DNA from: Solimonas sp.
GTDB lineage: Bacteria; Pseudomonadota; Gammaproteobacteria; Nevskiales; Nevskiaceae
Assembly: GCA_035476855.1 (NCBI GenBank)
Contig: DATILC010000168.1
Location: forward strand, 4,644-68,643
DNA: 64,000 nt
Direction: 5' to 3'
Shown here: positions 61,521-64,000 of the stretch, in pieces
Position numbering within the stretch: position 1 is the first letter of the stretch
How the letters are laid out: each line of letters opens with the position of its first letter
Program-made: the position numbers and the translations under genes
The notes under the pieces: generated by a model
The model's input: the letters and a program-made list of their open reading frames with translations, nothing else
Told to the model about the DNA's origin: nothing
Database searches by the model: none

Positions 61521-62564
61521 ATGTTCAACAGCAAAGCGTACGACGGCCACGAAGGCGTGACCTTCTTCTCGGATACAGCCAGCGGCCTGAAGGGCATCGT
61601 GGCGATCCATTCCACGACGCTGGGTCCCGCCGCTGGCGGCTGCCGCGCCTGGACCTACGAAAGCGAAGAGGCTGCACTCCACGACGTCCTGCGCCTCTCG
61701 CGCGGCATGAGCTACAAGAACGCCGTCGCGGGCCTGCCGCTGGGCGGCGGCAAGGCCGTCATCATCCGCGAGCCCGGCAAGCCGGTGACGGCAGCGCAGT
61801 TCGAGGCCTTCGGCCGCGTCGTCGAGCGCCTGCATGGCGCATATGTCACGGCAGAGGACGTGGGCGTCACCGTGGCCGACATGGCCTGCGTCGCGCGCGC
61901 GACGTCCTACGTCAGCGGCCTGTCGAGCCACGGCGACACCGCGGGTGGTGATCCTTCGCCCAAGACGGCCTATGGCGTGTATTGCGGCATCCTCGCCGCG
62001 GTGCAGGCGCGCCTCGAGCTGTCGGATCTCCGCGGCCTGCGTGTTGCCGTGCAAGGCCTGGGCAGCGTCGGCCGCCATCTCTGCGAGAACCTGCACAAGG
62101 CCGGAGTCCGCCTGATCGTCGCCGACATCAACACCGCGGCCTGCGATCGCGCCCGCGAGCAGTTCGGCGCACAGGTGGTGAGCCCCGAGGAGATTCTCTT
62201 CCAGGACGTGGAGGTGCTGTCCCCCTGCGCGCTGGGCGGCATCGTCAATGCCCAGTCGGTCCCGCGCATCCGCGCTCCGATCATCGCCGGCGGCGCCAAC
62301 AACCAGCTCGCGACTGCGGAAGACGGGCTGGCCCTGCACGCCCGCGGCATCCTCTACGCGCCGGACTACGTGATCAACGCCGGCGGCATCATCTGCGCCG
62401 CTTCCGAGTACCTGAAGAGCGCCAGCGAGCAGGAAGTCTGGCAGCGCGTTGCGGGCATCGAGCAAACCCTCGCCGCGATCTTCGCGGAGTCGAAGGCCTC
62501 CGATACCCCGCCGCACGTGATCGCCGACGCGCTTGCGCTGGCACGCATGGGCGGTCGTCACTGA
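61521..62564 (+). CDS. Leu/Phe/Val dehydrogenase
   Basis: GGCR, LSRGMSYKNA, GGGKAV, TAEDVG, QGLGSVG, GGANNQL, PDYVINAGG. Confidence 0.93.
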   Translation: MFNSKAYDGHEGVTFFSDTASGLKGIVAIHSTTLGPAAGGCRAWTYESEEAALHDVLRLSRGMSYKNAVAGLPLGGGKAVIIREPGKPVTAAQFEAFGRVVERLHGAYVTAEDVGVTVADMACVARATSYVSGLSSHGDTAGGDPSPKTAYGVYCGILAAVQARLELSDLRGLRVAVQGLGSVGRHLCENLHKAGVRLIVADINTAACDRAREQFGAQVVSPEEILFQDVEVLSPCALGGIVNAQSVPRIRAPIIAGGANNQLATAEDGLALHARGILYAPDYVINAGGIICAASEYLKSASEQEVWQRVAGIEQTLAAIFAESKASDTPPHVIADALALARMGGRH

Positions 62565-62603
62565 ACAGGTCGCAGGACGGCTCCTTCCGGAGCCGTCCTG
62601 CGG

Positions 62604-63080
62604 TCAGCCCCCGAGATGGCGCAGCGGCAGCTGCGTGCGATGGACCGCCTGCTCGAAGGAGATCATCGAGCTGATTTCCTGGACCTCGAGGCGCGACAGC
62701 TTGGTCCAGACCACGTCGCGGTATTCCTCGATGCTGGTGGCGACGATCTTCAGCAGGAAATCCACCTGGCCGAGGACGGTATGGCACTCCAGCACCTGCG
62801 GGATCGCCTTGACCGACTCGATGAATTTCGGCAGCGCATTGGTGCCGTGACGGGACATCTTCACCAGCGCGAAGACGATGACGTTGCAGCCAACCTTCTT
62901 CGGGTTGAGCACCGCCACGCGCTGCTCGATCACGCCCTCTTCGAGGAAGGTCTGCACTCGCCGCCAGACCACGGACTTGGATGAACCGACGCGGTCCGCG
63001 ATGTCGACCACCGGCAGGGTCACGTCCTCCTGCAGCTCCTCGAGAATACGCATGTCGAGGCTATCCAGGGTTGTGGTCAT
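62604..63080 (-). CDS. Lrp/AsnC family regulator
   Basis: LDSLDMRILEELQ HTH, V.ECH.V.G..DFLLKI RAM domain. Confidence 0.9.
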   Translation of the reverse strand: MTTTLDSLDMRILEELQEDVTLPVVDIADRVGSSKSVVWRRVQTFLEEGVIEQRVAVLNPKKVGCNVIVFALVKMSRHGTNALPKFIESVKAIPQVLECHTVLGQVDFLLKIVATSIEEYRDVVWTKLSRLEVQEISSMISFEQAVHRTQLPLRHLGG

Positions 63081-63178
63081 GAATACCCTCCATCGTCTGT
63101 TTATCGGACCAATTTACCACTGCCAAGAGACTAACCGGATCATTGACTCCACACTTGTCAACTTTCAGGTACAAACCC

Positions 63179-64000
63179 CTAGGCGTGGATGGCGCGGCCC
63201 AGCGTGGCGAGCGCCGCCTCGGGCAGGGTCTCCGACATCGTCGGATGGACGTGGATGGTGCCCGCGAGATCCTCGAGCCGCGCACCCATCTCCAGGGCCA
63301 GGGCGAACTCGCCTGACAGCTCCGAGGCATGCGCGCCCACCGCATGCAGGCCCAGCACCAGATGGTTGTCCGCACGCGCAGTGACGCGCACGAAACCACC
63401 GTCGGTTCCGGCTTCCATGGTGAGCGAGCGGCCGTTGGCGGCGAACGGGAAGCTGGCGACCTTGATGTCGATGCCGGCGGCCTTCGCCTCATCGGGCGAC
63501 AGGCCGGCGCCGACGATCTCCGGCTCGGTGAAGCAGACCGCAGCGATGGCGACCGGGTCGAAGCTGCGCCGATGACCGGCGATGATCTCGGCCACCATCT
63601 CGCCCTGCGCGGAAGCCTTGTGCGCCAGCATCGGCTCGCCGACGAGATCGCCGATCGCCCAGACGTTGCGCATCGAGGTACGACACTGGTTGTCGACCTT
63701 GATCCAGCGGCCGTTCATGTCAACCGCCATGTTCTCAAGACCCCAGCCCGCGGTACCTGGCACACGGCCCACAGTGACCAGCACGCGGTCGCAGGGCAGT
63801 TCCAGCGGCCCGCTGCCGTTGGCAACTGAAAGGACCGGGCCATCCGGACCGTCTGCGAGTCCCTGCGCCTTGGCGTTCACATGGACGACGATGCCGTGCT
63901 TCTTCAGCCACTGCTCGACCGGCCGCGTCAGCTGCGCGTCATGGAGCGGCAGGATGCGCGGGCCGGCTTCGACGAAAGTGACGTGGCTGCCCATGCGCGC
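63179..64000 (-). CDS. Dihydrolipoamide dehydrogenase, 3' part (branched-chain keto-acid E3-like)
   Basis: AIGDLVGEPMLAHKA, FPFAANGR, IHVHPTMSE (His-Glu pair); continues past the window. Confidence 0.92.
   Translation of the reverse strand, partial: ARMGSHVTFVEAGPRILPLHDAQLTRPVEQWLKKHGIVVHVNAKAQGLADGPDGPVLSVANGSGPLELPCDRVLVTVGRVPGTAGWGLENMAVDMNGRWIKVDNQCRTSMRNVWAIGDLVGEPMLAHKASAQGEMVAEIIAGHRRSFDPVAIAAVCFTEPEIVGAGLSPDEAKAAGIDIKVASFPFAANGRSLTMEAGTDGGFVRVTARADNHLVLGLHAVGAHASELSGEFALALEMGARLEDLAGTIHVHPTMSETLPEAALATLGRAIHA

Overview
High-GC bacterial window; the gene set and the TonB receptors with long acidic N-terminal linkers suggest a Nevskiales-like gammaproteobacterium (inference). 1-20.3 kb is mostly core chromosome: recQ, lysS, frameshifted prfB, OmpA, rluF, acyl-CoA dehydrogenase, deaD, tRNA-Asn, aminotransferase, uvrB, tRNA-Val. 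After tRNA-Val comes accessory DNA: SLT, a DUF349-like protein, a lower-GC stand-alone OLD-type ATPase/TOPRIM gene, a WS/DGAT + PhaC-like + crotonase operon and an attenuator-led MFS gene. Then a ~27 kb cluster (32.5-59.9 kb) of two paralogous modules: 2x DUF1611/dipeptide-epimerase (DgcN/DgcA-like), 3 D-aminopeptidase/MlrB-like serine hydrolases, an MlrC-like M81 peptidase, M17 peptidase, D-amino-acid dehydrogenase, threonine dehydratase, RidA, a class-A beta-lactamase-fold protein lacking Glu166, 2 TonB receptors, a GPH-type MFS and 2 unusual LuxR regulators. It reads as an uptake and catabolism system for D-amino-acid-containing peptides; the substrate is unknown. The window ends in branched-chain amino acid catabolism genes. 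The best non-coding signal is a 120-bp structured repeat (397-516 and 53271-53390) with 7 compensatory base-pair changes, an adjacent exact core-deleted copy and a truncated third copy beside tRNA-Val. Two MITE-like elements and several REP-like palindromes are also present. No CRISPR array, rRNA, integrase or transposase was found. All family assignments come from motif recognition by eye, not database searches.
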